DNA of 64,000 bases. It comes from an uncultured Gammaproteobacteria bacterium (lineage in GTDB: Bacteria > Patescibacteriota > Microgenomatia > Levybacterales > GWA1-39-11). Both the position numbers and the translations under genes were made by a program. The notes under the pieces are model-generated. The model was not told the DNA's origin, ran no database searches, and worked only from the letters and a program-made list of their open reading frames with translations. The DNA is taken from NCBI GenBank assembly GCA_964448725.1, contig CAYVAJ010000001.1:135525-199524 (forward strand), read 5' to 3'. Positions 27,197-36,847 of the stretch are shown here, in pieces (position 1 is the stretch's first letter; every line of letters begins with the position of its first letter).

Positions 27197-28744
27197 TTAT
27201 TGTACAATTTCCCCAATAACAAAAGCAATATCACCGTTTGGGTAATAAATCGTTTGTTGAATAGCAAGCTGAATTTCAGGATGATTGGATAGATAATAAG
27301 GTGTTACTGCAAAGAGTTGTTTGAAATGTTTTTTTGCTAAAGTGTGTGGTTCACCAATTTTACAATTATAACATTCATATGGTGCATAAAATTTAAAAAA
27401 TATTTCAGGTGCATTAAATGAACTTTCCATGATTGTTTCATCATACTGTTTTTGATTATCTGCAAAATATGTGACGACTTCACGTGCACCATATTGCCAT
27501 CCCCAGAAGTTTGATGAATACTGTGGATATTCAAAAAAATATTTTTGCATATACTGAAAAAATGAAATACTTCCGATTACACAAAAGAAACACAAAATTA
27601 TAAAACGGGTAATCCTCGTGTTTCTTAGAATAGATTCTATTCCGAGAATCCCTATAGAAGAAATAATTTGAAACGGAATGACGCCTATTATGGATCGTGT
27701 TGCTTGTGCACTTTGGTCAAGAGTAAACATGCTTCCTACCGGATAGAGAAGAAGCCAAACTGTTAAAACACCAAATATCTTTTTGTTTTTTATAAAAAGA
27801 TAGAGAATACCAGAGAAAAGCAACGGTAATTGAAAAAGATATAACTCACCAAATCCTCGTACTGAGTGACGGGTAATAAATTGCCCAGGCATATCGATAT
27901 CACCTTTCGTAAAAAGAAAGTCATAGGAAAAATGACTAAGATAATTATGTGTAATATGATTGACAATACTTTGATTATGGGAGTGATTAGAAAAAATACT
28001 AACTTGATTCCACCTGTTGGAACCAGTGTCTATTAGGTGTAATAGCATAGGAGTGAGTATAAATGAAAGTAAGATAATGCATAGCACAGTAACTTTTTTG
28101 TAGGTGAAGAAAAATTGGTAATAAAGAATGGCAAGTCCTATTCCAAATAAAGGAATAAAAATACGGGCTGGAAAATATGAGTACATAGCAATTGCAAATA
28201 AAGTAATGCTCACAAGCATAAGAAAAGGTTTGTTTTGTGATTTTAAAAAAACATATAGTCCCAGTGTTGTAAAAAAAACAAATGCTGCTAACCCTTCAAG
28301 AGATACTCTACTGATATGAATATGCCATGGTGATATTGCAAGTAGTACTGCTGAAATTAATGATAAAGAATGTGCGTAATGTGATTTTTTTTGAAATATC
28401 TCTAGAGAAAGTAGGTATACGGCAATAATACCTAATACTCCATAGAATACAGAAACGAGTCGTATAGAAAATTCATTGAGTCCAAACAGCGTGATAAATG
28501 GAATAGTGCTATATGTTTGAATAGGGCTTTTAAATTCACCGAAGGCTTGAAAGAAAAGTGGAAGGTGATTTCCGTGCTCATCGTTCCCGGTAGCTAAGAT
28601 AGAAAATGCATTTACTCCAATTGACGCTTCGTCACAAAAAAAACCAGCTGGATTGGTAGAGAGATTCCATATCCGTATAACAAAGGCAAAGCAGAGAACT
28701 ATTAATACCGCGAATATTCCATAATTATATTTGGCTATTCTCAT
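27197..28744 (-). CDS. GT-C membrane glycosyltransferase, ArnT/PMT (GT39/GT83)-like
   Basis: Polytopic. First periplasmic loop FFCDEASIGVNAF carries the DE catalytic motif in the position seen in ArnT/PMT enzymes. Confidence 0.7.
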   Translation of the reverse strand: MRIAKYNYGIFAVLIVLCFAFVIRIWNLSTNPAGFFCDEASIGVNAFSILATGNDEHGNHLPLFFQAFGEFKSPIQTYSTIPFITLFGLNEFSIRLVSVFYGVLGIIAVYLLSLEIFQKKSHYAHSLSLISAVLLAISPWHIHISRVSLEGLAAFVFFTTLGLYVFLKSQNKPFLMLVSITLFAIAMYSYFPARIFIPLFGIGLAILYYQFFFTYKKVTVLCIILLSFILTPMLLHLIDTGSNRWNQVSIFSNHSHNQSIVNHITHNYLSHFSYDFLFTKGDIDMPGQFITRHSVRGFGELYLFQLPLLFSGILYLFIKNKKIFGVLTVWLLLYPVGSMFTLDQSAQATRSIIGVIPFQIISSIGILGIESILRNTRITRFIILCFFCVIGSISFFQYMQKYFFEYPQYSSNFWGWQYGAREVVTYFADNQKQYDETIMESSFNAPEIFFKFYAPYECYNCKIGEPHTLAKKHFKQLFAVTPYYLSNHPEIQLAIQQTIYYPNGDIAFVIGEIVQ

Positions 28745-30456
28745 AGATCAATGGTTGTTGGCGAAAAATTTATATTTTTAAATATCAAAACTTTGGGGTG
28801 ATCATATACAGTAAATGATTCATCTGCTGATTGGTCATCAATTGCAATATTGAGAATCGGGATGGTAGGATAATTGGTAAACTCAGCAACTTTTTCAAAT
28901 CCTAAATCTCCTGCAAATAACTGGTGATAGTATTGAGCTGTAGTAGGATAACATCTGCCAAGAGGAAGTTTATTGCAATCAGTCAATTTTTGAAGGGGTG
29001 TGTACAATCGATTGGAAGAGAGAATTATATAGTCTGTTTCCTGAAGATTTTCTTTCATCAATTGCCATTTTTTAACAGTATCTGGTTCATACAGGGGATA
29101 TTCGATAATATGGTAACGCTCAATACCGTAGAGTGGAAGACGATCATCCCAGTGCTCTACTCCTAGATTTTTTTCAGAGTCAATATTTTGATGTATCCAT
29201 TCAGAGGCGGCAACACGGGGATGTATGGAGAAATATATTTGTATAAATGATACTGGCCATAGTATAACGAGAAGAAAAAGAATAAAACTAGTGAATATCT
29301 TAACTGAGAGAAATGGAAGTCTTCCAATAAAAGGAAAAAATGTTTTTACGAGAGCAATACCAGCAAAAAGTGCGAGCAATGGATACAATGGAAGCATATA
29401 TCTCATCCACCCTACTGCAAAACTTCCAACAATAGCAAAATAGACGGCACAAAAAAAGATAATGCTCATAAATAAAACAGAATCTTTGTTTTTTATTCCT
29501 AGTTTAATAAACACAATACTGCCGACAAGAGAAAGAATGCTGATAGCTGGTCCCAGTCCCCAGAAGAATACGTTTTGTATCTCATACAAATACGGAATTT
29601 TTCCGACATACTGCAATGTATAAGGGAAAGTAAACGCACTTCTTGTCATTTCTGATTGAGCAGTAGTATCACTGATAAATGAAGAAAAATCTATCAATGC
29701 GTATGGTTGGCAAATAATTGTTGTAATACAAGCAAGAAGTAGAAAAGTAAGGGTGTTTTTTATGAGTTGTGACCAGTATTTTAAGGAAGTAATTGTTTTT
29801 AACTTTTTAGTATTTAATGAATGCAGCGGTAAAAGTAAGAAAATAATACCTAACGGTAATAATAGTGGTGCTGCGCTAATTTTTGTTGATATTGCACAAC
29901 CAAAACTTACAGCTGATGCAATAAGATATTTTTTTTCGTGTGTGGCAAAAAACTTAAGTCCACAGTACAATGTTCCCATCATAAAAAATGTAAGTAACAC
30001 ATCAACAACATAAAAATGAGAAGTTTGGATAGGAAGAACACTTATTGCATAAATAAATGCAGCAGCATACCCAACATACTTTGAAAATAAGAATCTCCCA
30101 AAAAGAAAAACAAGCACCATCGTTCCAACATCTACAAAAGCAGACAAATTTCTACCCACCATGAGCTGATACATGAAATTTTGGAAATCAGGATTATTAA
30201 GTGCTGCAAGCTGAATAAAGAATTTCAATAGATATATTGGCAGGCTTCCATAGGCAAAAAAATGTGGGTTAAGAGGGCTTTGTATTGAAAGGAATTCAGA
30301 GATAGATTGTGGAAGTGAAATATTTCCTATTATCATTACAATTGCCCGTTCATCAGGATGCAAACTATATCCATGATCCCAGTAGATTGATAGTACCCTC
30401 AGGAGAAAGGCAAGAGCGCAAAGAAGAAAAAGAATAATAAATGATTTAACGTTCAT
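28741..30456 (-). CDS. GT-C-like membrane glycosyltransferase paralogue (HPDER motif)
   Basis: Polytopic, 571 aa. First loop YSLHPDERAIV. Paralogous to 30446..32110 (shared HPDER, PHFFAYGSLPIY). C-terminal soluble domain. Confidence 0.6.
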   Translation of the reverse strand: MNVKSFIILFLLCALAFLLRVLSIYWDHGYSLHPDERAIVMIIGNISLPQSISEFLSIQSPLNPHFFAYGSLPIYLLKFFIQLAALNNPDFQNFMYQLMVGRNLSAFVDVGTMVLVFLFGRFLFSKYVGYAAAFIYAISVLPIQTSHFYVVDVLLTFFMMGTLYCGLKFFATHEKKYLIASAVSFGCAISTKISAAPLLLPLGIIFLLLPLHSLNTKKLKTITSLKYWSQLIKNTLTFLLLACITTIICQPYALIDFSSFISDTTAQSEMTRSAFTFPYTLQYVGKIPYLYEIQNVFFWGLGPAISILSLVGSIVFIKLGIKNKDSVLFMSIIFFCAVYFAIVGSFAVGWMRYMLPLYPLLALFAGIALVKTFFPFIGRLPFLSVKIFTSFILFLLVILWPVSFIQIYFSIHPRVAASEWIHQNIDSEKNLGVEHWDDRLPLYGIERYHIIEYPLYEPDTVKKWQLMKENLQETDYIILSSNRLYTPLQKLTDCNKLPLGRCYPTTAQYYHQLFAGDLGFEKVAEFTNYPTIPILNIAIDDQSADESFTVYDHPKVLIFKNINFSPTTIDL

Positions 30457-32110
30457 GATTTATTTTGAATATAGATACTGTCGGTCTGTCAAATACATTT
30501 GCAGTATCCTCTACTCCATATACTGGATCGCCAAGGTACAGTATTTTACAAAAAAAATCACAAGGTGTTTGATAAACCTGAGTAAAACGGGTGCTTGATA
30601 TCAGTGAAGAATAGAACATATGTCCATGAGGAAAATTCTGAGGATTATCAAGTCGTGATTTTATGATCCGTTGACTGGGAAGGATAATTATATCGTGATT
30701 TGATACTTCATGTGAGAGTGTATTTGCAAGATCTGGATTGTGTTCAAGATCATAAAAATTAAATAAAGAGATATGAGTAAATTTTTCATTAAAAGGCATA
30801 ATTCCGAGATCATAAACCTCAGAGAGTATTTTTGTTTCTTGAGAAAATATTTCATTTGCATAGATTGCAGCAGTAGTTCGTGTGTCTGGCTCTATATAGA
30901 CAGTTTTCAGTAATGCTGCTGTCCAGAGAACGCTTGATACCATTGCTACTCCTGTAATTAAGTAATGAATATTTTTAGTGAGATGTTTTTTTGAAAGCAC
31001 TGAAAGAGACAGTGCAACAATAAGGTATATAACAGGAAGCAGAGGAACAAAATAGCGAGTCCATTTTACAAAAAATACAAGTTGCGGAATTAATAAGAAT
31101 AGAAAAAAGAAAATGAGTAACGAAGTTTTGGAGTCTCTTTTTTTTAATTCGTATAAGAGAATAATAATAAATGCTGGTACAAAAATAGCAGCGATGAATG
31201 GATTGAGTAAATAAGGCAGTACATATAGTGCCTGATATATTCCGGGAATAGTATCGGTAAAGGTACCTGTATAAAAAACAGGAAGTGTTCCTAATGCGAC
31301 AGCAGATTCATATTGCATTGATCCACGAAATGCAGACCAGTCAAGAAAGGAAAATGGATTTGTGAGTATAAATATACCAATACAGATTGCTGCAAGTATT
31401 CCTGTGTTTGTACCTATTTTTTTAATAAGAGTAAGACGATTCCTTTTCGTTTTACTTGATCTTTTATTTTTTATTACTGTCAGGCTTACCAGTATTGGCA
31501 GTGGGAAAAGTGCAAGTGAAGATATTTTGATTGAAATAAGTATGCCAAGTGTTATACAAGTAAAGAGAAAATAACGATGGTGAGATGTTTTTAGATAGAG
31601 GACTAATTGATAAAGCAGTAATAATGAAAAGAATGTAAGATACATCTCAAAAGTACCAAAATGTGCGTATTGGATAAGTCCGACACTCAGAGTTGATAAA
31701 AAAACAGTAATAAGAGCGAATTTCTTGGAGATATAGTGAAGGGCTGTGAAATAGAGAAGAGCTAGGGTGCCAATACTTAGTCCAGCTGAAAAAAATCGTC
31801 CAATAATAATGGCTTGTTCAAATGATACATTCCAAATATCATTCTGCTGAAAAAGAAAGGTCATGCTATTAATAATGACGCCAGTGAAATAGATACTGTA
31901 AATTGGCAGACTTCCATAGGCAAAAAAATGTGGATTTAATTGTTCAGGTGCATAGAGCTGACTAATTGATGATGCAATATTGCGTTCATCAGGATGAAAA
32001 TAAAAAGGAGCACCCCAATTGAGATCGTAAAATCGCAGAAACACTGCTACTGCTAATAAAAAGATAAGTATGAAGTGACTGTTTTTTATATATGTAAAAA
32101 AAGACTTCAT
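30446..32110 (-). CDS. GT-C-like membrane glycosyltransferase paralogue (HPDER motif)
   Basis: YFHPDERNIASS and PHFFAYGSLPIY shared with the upstream paralogue. Polytopic, 554 aa. Confidence 0.6.
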   Translation of the reverse strand: MKSFFTYIKNSHFILIFLLAVAVFLRFYDLNWGAPFYFHPDERNIASSISQLYAPEQLNPHFFAYGSLPIYSIYFTGVIINSMTFLFQQNDIWNVSFEQAIIIGRFFSAGLSIGTLALLYFTALHYISKKFALITVFLSTLSVGLIQYAHFGTFEMYLTFFSLLLLYQLVLYLKTSHHRYFLFTCITLGILISIKISSLALFPLPILVSLTVIKNKRSSKTKRNRLTLIKKIGTNTGILAAICIGIFILTNPFSFLDWSAFRGSMQYESAVALGTLPVFYTGTFTDTIPGIYQALYVLPYLLNPFIAAIFVPAFIIILLYELKKRDSKTSLLIFFFLFLLIPQLVFFVKWTRYFVPLLPVIYLIVALSLSVLSKKHLTKNIHYLITGVAMVSSVLWTAALLKTVYIEPDTRTTAAIYANEIFSQETKILSEVYDLGIMPFNEKFTHISLFNFYDLEHNPDLANTLSHEVSNHDIIILPSQRIIKSRLDNPQNFPHGHMFYSSLISSTRFTQVYQTPCDFFCKILYLGDPVYGVEDTANVFDRPTVSIFKINHER

Positions 32111-32148
32111 AATGAGAAATTAAATTCAGGGTTAATTAGCATAATTAG

Positions 32149-33438
32149 TTACTTTTCTTTATCGATCATTTCAGCAATTTTTTGTCCCAGTTCTACTGCA
32201 TAATTTGTTCCTCGATCCCAGGGATATACTTGCTGCATATTTGCTAAAAAAATTCCCTCAAGAGGTGTGGTAAATGATGGGATCATTTTTGAGTAGTTTG
32301 CAGGTACAATTGGTTGAGCAAAGGGCGCACGAAATACTTCATAATCAATAAGATTATTTGCATAGTCTGGGTTTATTTTTTTCAAAAATGGATCATATAA
32401 TTTGAGAAGTTGTTCATTAGATTGAGTAAATTTCATATCATCAACAGGCATGTAATTGCCAACATAGACAATATGTTCATTATTGTAGTTTTTTTTATTC
32501 ATAAAATTAGTGTGTTCTACCAATACCATAATATTTGCCTCAGTTGTACAGATGCTCAACCAATAAGTACCATCAGTAAGGAAGGGCTTTTTTAGGCGAA
32601 GTATCATATTCGTGGCAGCAAGCCCTTGTAGTTTGGCAAGATTTTTTGTGTATGTTGAGGGAAGCTGTGGAGTGACTTTTGTAAAAAGATGAGTAGGTAA
32701 GGTAACAATAACTTTATCAAATGTTTGTAATTCCTTTTTCCCTTGTCGTTCAAATTCCAGTGTGGGTTTAGTGTTATTTAGAGTTATTTTTTTTATTTCA
32801 CTCCCATAATAAATAGTTCCTCCTCCATTGATAATTTTTTTTGATAAATGTTGAGCAAATGGTAAAAATCCTCCTTTTGGATAGGCAAGTGATGTAGTAC
32901 GTTTTTTTATACGTGCCCAAAACCAAACAAGTGAAATGTCATCAACATACTTGCTAAGTTTATTAATCAGCTGAGGTTCCCAGATGAGTTTATATGCTTT
33001 TTCCCCAATAAGTTGAGGAAGAATTTTTGTTGTTTTAATATTCTCGAGTATTCTCCAAAATGGATTAAAGCGGAACAGAAAAGCAAATACGGCAGCCATC
33101 CGAAAACGGTCAAAAAGAGATAATAAAGGAAAGGTAAGGAGTTTGAGTGGTGAATCAAGCTGGTAAGTAGTATTATTAATATAGACTGATGTTTTTGGAC
33201 GATTGGTTATAACAGGATAGTCTGTTTCTTTTGCAAGAGTAAGAACTGAATCATCATTGGTAAACCAATGATGATAGTGCTGCTCTAGCGTCCACTCCCA
33301 TTTCTTTTCTGAATAGCCCAATGCAAGACCACCTGGTTGAAAATCTTTTTCAATCAGTACTACTTCATGGCCCTTTTTTTGTAATGCAAATCCGGCAGCA
33401 AGACCAGTAAATCCTGCACCAATAATTCCTACTTTCAT
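32149..33438 (-). CDS. FAD/NAD(P)-binding oxidoreductase (amine-oxidase/desaturase-like fold)
   Basis: N-terminal dinucleotide-binding KVGIIGAGFTGLAAGFAL...VLIEKDFQPGG. Confidence 0.75.
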   Translation of the reverse strand: MKVGIIGAGFTGLAAGFALQKKGHEVVLIEKDFQPGGLALGYSEKKWEWTLEQHYHHWFTNDDSVLTLAKETDYPVITNRPKTSVYINNTTYQLDSPLKLLTFPLLSLFDRFRMAAVFAFLFRFNPFWRILENIKTTKILPQLIGEKAYKLIWEPQLINKLSKYVDDISLVWFWARIKKRTTSLAYPKGGFLPFAQHLSKKIINGGGTIYYGSEIKKITLNNTKPTLEFERQGKKELQTFDKVIVTLPTHLFTKVTPQLPSTYTKNLAKLQGLAATNMILRLKKPFLTDGTYWLSICTTEANIMVLVEHTNFMNKKNYNNEHIVYVGNYMPVDDMKFTQSNEQLLKLYDPFLKKINPDYANNLIDYEVFRAPFAQPIVPANYSKMIPSFTTPLEGIFLANMQQVYPWDRGTNYAVELGQKIAEMIDKEK

Positions 33439-33441
33439 AGC

Positions 33442-34824
33442 TTACCCAAGGATAAAAAGTAAAGTGGCTCCTGTTACGATCAGTATAACAGACCCAAATG
33501 TTATAAGCAGTGTAGAAACACTTCCAGGTGGCGTTGGAGTTATTGTAATAATTGGTTGTATTGTAGGTATTGGAGTGGCTGTAGGAATTACAGTAGGTAT
33601 TGCTGTAGGAATTACAGTAGGAGTAGGGGTAACTGTCTCTGTCACTGTTGGAGAGGGCATAACTGTTGTTGTAGGAGAAGGCTCTGCTGTTGGAGTAGGT
33701 GTGCGTGTTGGAGTGAGAGTAGCTGAGGGTGTTGCAGTCTCTGCTACTTGTGATCCTGCAGGGAAAATTAAAAAATCATGAGTTACTGCTTTTGTTACAC
33801 CATAAGAATCTTTTGCTTGCGCAGTAATGGTATTTTTTCCTTGAGGTAGTGGACTATCTGGTCTGAACTGCCACTGTCCTGTTGAACTGGTAGTAACAGT
33901 AGTTGTAAGATTGCTTGGTTCAAGAAAAAGAGAGACGGTTGTTCGAGGAGCTGCAGTTCCCTTGATCAGTGGTTGATCATCAATAGTTGATTCTCCAATC
34001 ACTGGATTGGTAATACGTACTGTTGATTGTATAGTACTTGGAGTTGGAATTGTTAATTGTGCCTCACTTGTTGCTTCTGGTGTATCTGGAGCGATTACCG
34101 AAAAATCATAATTTTGGGAAAGAGTAAGTGGAGGAATTTCAAAAATATTTTCATAATTAACGGTTGCTCGTGATGCAAGATCAGCACTATATGCGGCAAT
34201 AGTAAATGTGGTGTGTCTAGTAAAATCAACATATTTTGAAAGGTCACGTGATTTTAATCGTGATATGTCAAAAATGTACTCCCCCTCACCATTAGTTAGT
34301 ATACTCAGTATTTGTGAATCAGTACTTTGTAATGTGACTAAAACATTTGTACCTATTGACCCATCAGTATTAATTATTTTTCCTGTTACCGGAAGCGTGT
34401 TTATCTCGGTATCTTCCAGTAAAGGTGCAGTTGTTACCCTATATGGCTCTTCGTTGTCCCGAAAGGTTTTTCCTTCAAGTAATATTACATACTCATACTC
34501 TGTTGATGGACTGAGATTGGGGATAGTTATCCGATGTGTTGTTCGCGCTTCTGGAGATGAGTTTTGAAAAAAGACAGAGGTAGGAAGTGTTGATCCTGAT
34601 ACTTGAACACCGGCAACGGACTCTGTTTTAGTAGTAAAAGCAATGGTAAAGGTATCGTGTGCAAGATCAGTGACATATATATTTTGTGGTTGAGTGTCAG
34701 AGGAGGCTTGTCCTACAGTTCCTGTTTGTTGTACCACAAAATACCGAGTCAGAAAAATACTTCCTGCAATAAGAAGCAGAGCAAAAAGAGTTGGTATGCG
34801 GATTTCCCATAGTGGTTTTTTCAT
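33442..34824 (-). CDS. Cell-surface protein: N-terminal signal/anchor, beta-rich domains, Pro/Thr-rich linker and C-terminal TM anchor
   Basis: N-terminal hydrophobic segment. Long TPTPT/PTV repeat region. C-terminal VSTLLITFGSVILIVTGATLLFILG. Confidence 0.65.
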   Translation of the reverse strand: MKKPLWEIRIPTLFALLLIAGSIFLTRYFVVQQTGTVGQASSDTQPQNIYVTDLAHDTFTIAFTTKTESVAGVQVSGSTLPTSVFFQNSSPEARTTHRITIPNLSPSTEYEYVILLEGKTFRDNEEPYRVTTAPLLEDTEINTLPVTGKIINTDGSIGTNVLVTLQSTDSQILSILTNGEGEYIFDISRLKSRDLSKYVDFTRHTTFTIAAYSADLASRATVNYENIFEIPPLTLSQNYDFSVIAPDTPEATSEAQLTIPTPSTIQSTVRITNPVIGESTIDDQPLIKGTAAPRTTVSLFLEPSNLTTTVTTSSTGQWQFRPDSPLPQGKNTITAQAKDSYGVTKAVTHDFLIFPAGSQVAETATPSATLTPTRTPTPTAEPSPTTTVMPSPTVTETVTPTPTVIPTAIPTVIPTATPIPTIQPIITITPTPPGSVSTLLITFGSVILIVTGATLLFILG

Positions 34825-34827
34825 ACG

Positions 34828-35145
34828 TTATATAGGTTCTTCTATTTGATTGGATGATTCCTCAACCTCAGCACTGATTGAACTCTCTTGTATCTCAGTA
34901 TTAGGTGGAAGAATATACTCCGCAGTTTCAGAGAGATCAATTGGGACTGAAATTCGACTACCTACTTGTTCCATTGTCTGAGTATCAAAAGAGGGAGGAA
35001 TAGGGGTTGTATACTTGCTTGTATCTTCTGAAATCGTTGGACTAGTGATACTAAAGTATAGTGTTGCTCCAATCCAAGTTACCACAACAAAGGTTGTTAA
35101 GATTGCTCCATAGTATAAGTGTTTTAATACTGTATTACTGTGCAT
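34828..35145 (-). CDS. Small single-pass membrane protein, hypothetical (pilus-assembly-operon member)
   Basis: 105 aa, one TM (ILTTFVVVTWIGATLYF), acidic C-terminus. Start overlaps the upstream gene stop. Confidence 0.45.
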   Translation of the reverse strand: MHSNTVLKHLYYGAILTTFVVVTWIGATLYFSITSPTISEDTSKYTTPIPPSFDTQTMEQVGSRISVPIDLSETAEYILPPNTEIQESSISAEVEESSNQIEEPI

Positions 35146-35755
35146 AGAAAAAGACCCTTCCCGTTATCGTTACTTCTGATCGGCTTGTATCTGTTCGGCC
35201 GGTACCTATTGTGTCAATGCTTAATATTCTGTCAAAATTTATAACCTCTGATATAAAGGTATTAATATCTTCTGTACTTCCTATGAGATTCATATTGAGA
35301 GTATACGAATATAATGGTGGCGTTTTTTTTGCTGTAGGAAAATACTCAATTGCTCCGGTATTAATTCCGGCAATAAAAAGGCTGTTTCTTTGTGCAAGAA
35401 CCTCTATTTTTCTAATAACTTCAGGAATTTGTGCTGTTGCTGGTATTGCCTCATTAACTCGTGTAATTTGTGAGGCATTTTGTGCATACAGAGAGTCCAG
35501 TGTTTGTAGGTTTTGTAATTTAGTTGAGAGATTGTCATAAACTAATTGTTTGTCCGCATATTGCTTACGGAGTGTTGAAATAGTTGAAAGAGTTGGCATA
35601 ATTGCAAAAAGACCAAAAAAAGATACGGTAAATAATGTCAAGGTAAGATAAAGGTATGCAACATATTTTTGCTGTTCATGAAATTTACGTAATTCAGGGT
35701 ACTTAGTACTATATACCTTATAAAGTTCTTTAAAATTTAATTTTGGTTTATTCAT
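35135..35755 (-). CDS. PilO-like type IV pilus assembly protein
   Basis: Short cytoplasmic N-terminus, one TM, coiled-coil then periplasmic domain. Size and topology as PilO. Translationally coupled to the PilN-like gene. Confidence 0.5.
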   Translation of the reverse strand: MNKPKLNFKELYKVYSTKYPELRKFHEQQKYVAYLYLTLTLFTVSFFGLFAIMPTLSTISTLRKQYADKQLVYDNLSTKLQNLQTLDSLYAQNASQITRVNEAIPATAQIPEVIRKIEVLAQRNSLFIAGINTGAIEYFPTAKKTPPLYSYTLNMNLIGSTEDINTFISEVINFDRILSIDTIGTGRTDTSRSEVTITGRVFFYAQ

Positions 35756-36387
35756 AAGAGAGTATTAGCTTCTGGTTCTGAGTTTTCTGTTTCTTCTGTA
35801 AGTTCAGCAAGTGTAATATTTAGTTTAAATAAAATACCTGCATCAGTACTGGTAATCTCATCAATACTAATGCTTGTGACGTAATCATTTGCCTTGAGAT
35901 CTTCGACAAAATTGTGTATTGAAAAGATTGACGATGCTACTCCATTGAGAGATATAATATTTTTATTTACATTAAGATTATTTGCAGAAAATATTCCTCT
36001 ATTTGTAGTATCAAGAACTTTATTCATAACGTCTATTTTTGCGTCAGTATCGAGTTTAATAGTTTGTATCATTGATAATTTATCTTGTACTGCTCTAAAT
36101 TGATTTTCTTTTTCTTCATTACTTCTTATGAGCAAAACTTGTGTGGCAATTTGATCATTAATATCGGCAATTTGTCGGTCAATGACAAATCGATAAAAAA
36201 GCGCAGATAATGCAACCAGCTCAGTAAGTACAATAACAATACGCCCAATATTAATTGCCCATTTATAGAAAAGGCTTCCCGTTGATTCTTTTGGTCTTCC
36301 TGATAGATTAATGGAAATGTTTTTTTTCTCTTCACCAGAAGAGTTCCCTTGTGAGGCATCTTTTTGTACTCCTGAATCGGCAGGCAT
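35752..36387 (-). CDS. PilN-like (fimbrial assembly) protein
   Basis: Cytoplasmic N-terminal stretch, single TM (IVIVLTELVALSALFY), coiled-coil (DINDQIATQVLLIRSNEEKENQ) and periplasmic domain, the PilN architecture. Confidence 0.5.
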   Translation of the reverse strand: MPADSGVQKDASQGNSSGEEKKNISINLSGRPKESTGSLFYKWAINIGRIVIVLTELVALSALFYRFVIDRQIADINDQIATQVLLIRSNEEKENQFRAVQDKLSMIQTIKLDTDAKIDVMNKVLDTTNRGIFSANNLNVNKNIISLNGVASSIFSIHNFVEDLKANDYVTSISIDEITSTDAGILFKLNITLAELTEETENSEPEANTLL

Positions 36388-36456
36388 AGTAACTATCAGT
36401 GTAGTGGATTTTTGACACGTTTGTCAAAGATAATTTGAGGGGAAGAAGAGCTTTTT

Positions 36457-36732
36457 TTACGCACTCGCTTGAGTTTTTGCTTTGCTTACTTTTGCGGGCT
36501 TGATTGTTTTTGCAATTTGTGACTTTAATCGTGCTGCTTTATTGCTATGCAATAAGTTCTTTTTTGCTGCTTTATCCACAATAGAATATGCTTCTTTGAG
36601 TACTGCTATGTCTGCATTGCTTTTTTTGACTTGTCGCAGAGTATCTCGAAGCTCTTTGCGGAATTCATCATTCCGTATTTCCCGTACACGATCTTTACGA
36701 AGTTTTTTAATTGCTGATTTAATAACTGGCAT
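36457..36732 (-). CDS. rpsT: 30S ribosomal protein S20
   Basis: MPVIKSAIKKLRKD..AKKNLLHSNKAARLKSQ is the bS20 signature. Confidence 0.9.
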   Translation of the reverse strand: MPVIKSAIKKLRKDRVREIRNDEFRKELRDTLRQVKKSNADIAVLKEAYSIVDKAAKKNLLHSNKAARLKSQIAKTIKPAKVSKAKTQASA

Positions 36733-36847
36733 AGGCGTATTCTACCATGTTATACTTAGGAACACAAGAATCTTGAATTTTCGTGTCAAAAATCACCTCT
36801 TGATTGTAGTACTGAAATTCTGCGATTATTAAATCCGTGTATGGTAT

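Noticed and set aside
33480-33780. Repetitive nucleotide tract (GTAGGTATTG/GGAGTAGG-like units) that superficially resembles a repeat array
   Set aside because: It is the coding sequence of a Pro/Thr-rich linker (TPTPTVIPTAIPT) inside the surface-protein gene. Units are imperfect, of unequal length and in frame, with no spacer-repeat periodicity, so it is not a CRISPR array. The same applies to 41230-41330 and 55070-55200.
36411-36426. Perfect palindrome TTGACACGTTTGTCAA downstream of rpsT
   Set aside because: Could be an operator or part of the rpsT terminator. It lacks a following T-run on the rpsT strand and no cognate regulator is identifiable, so it is not called as a feature.
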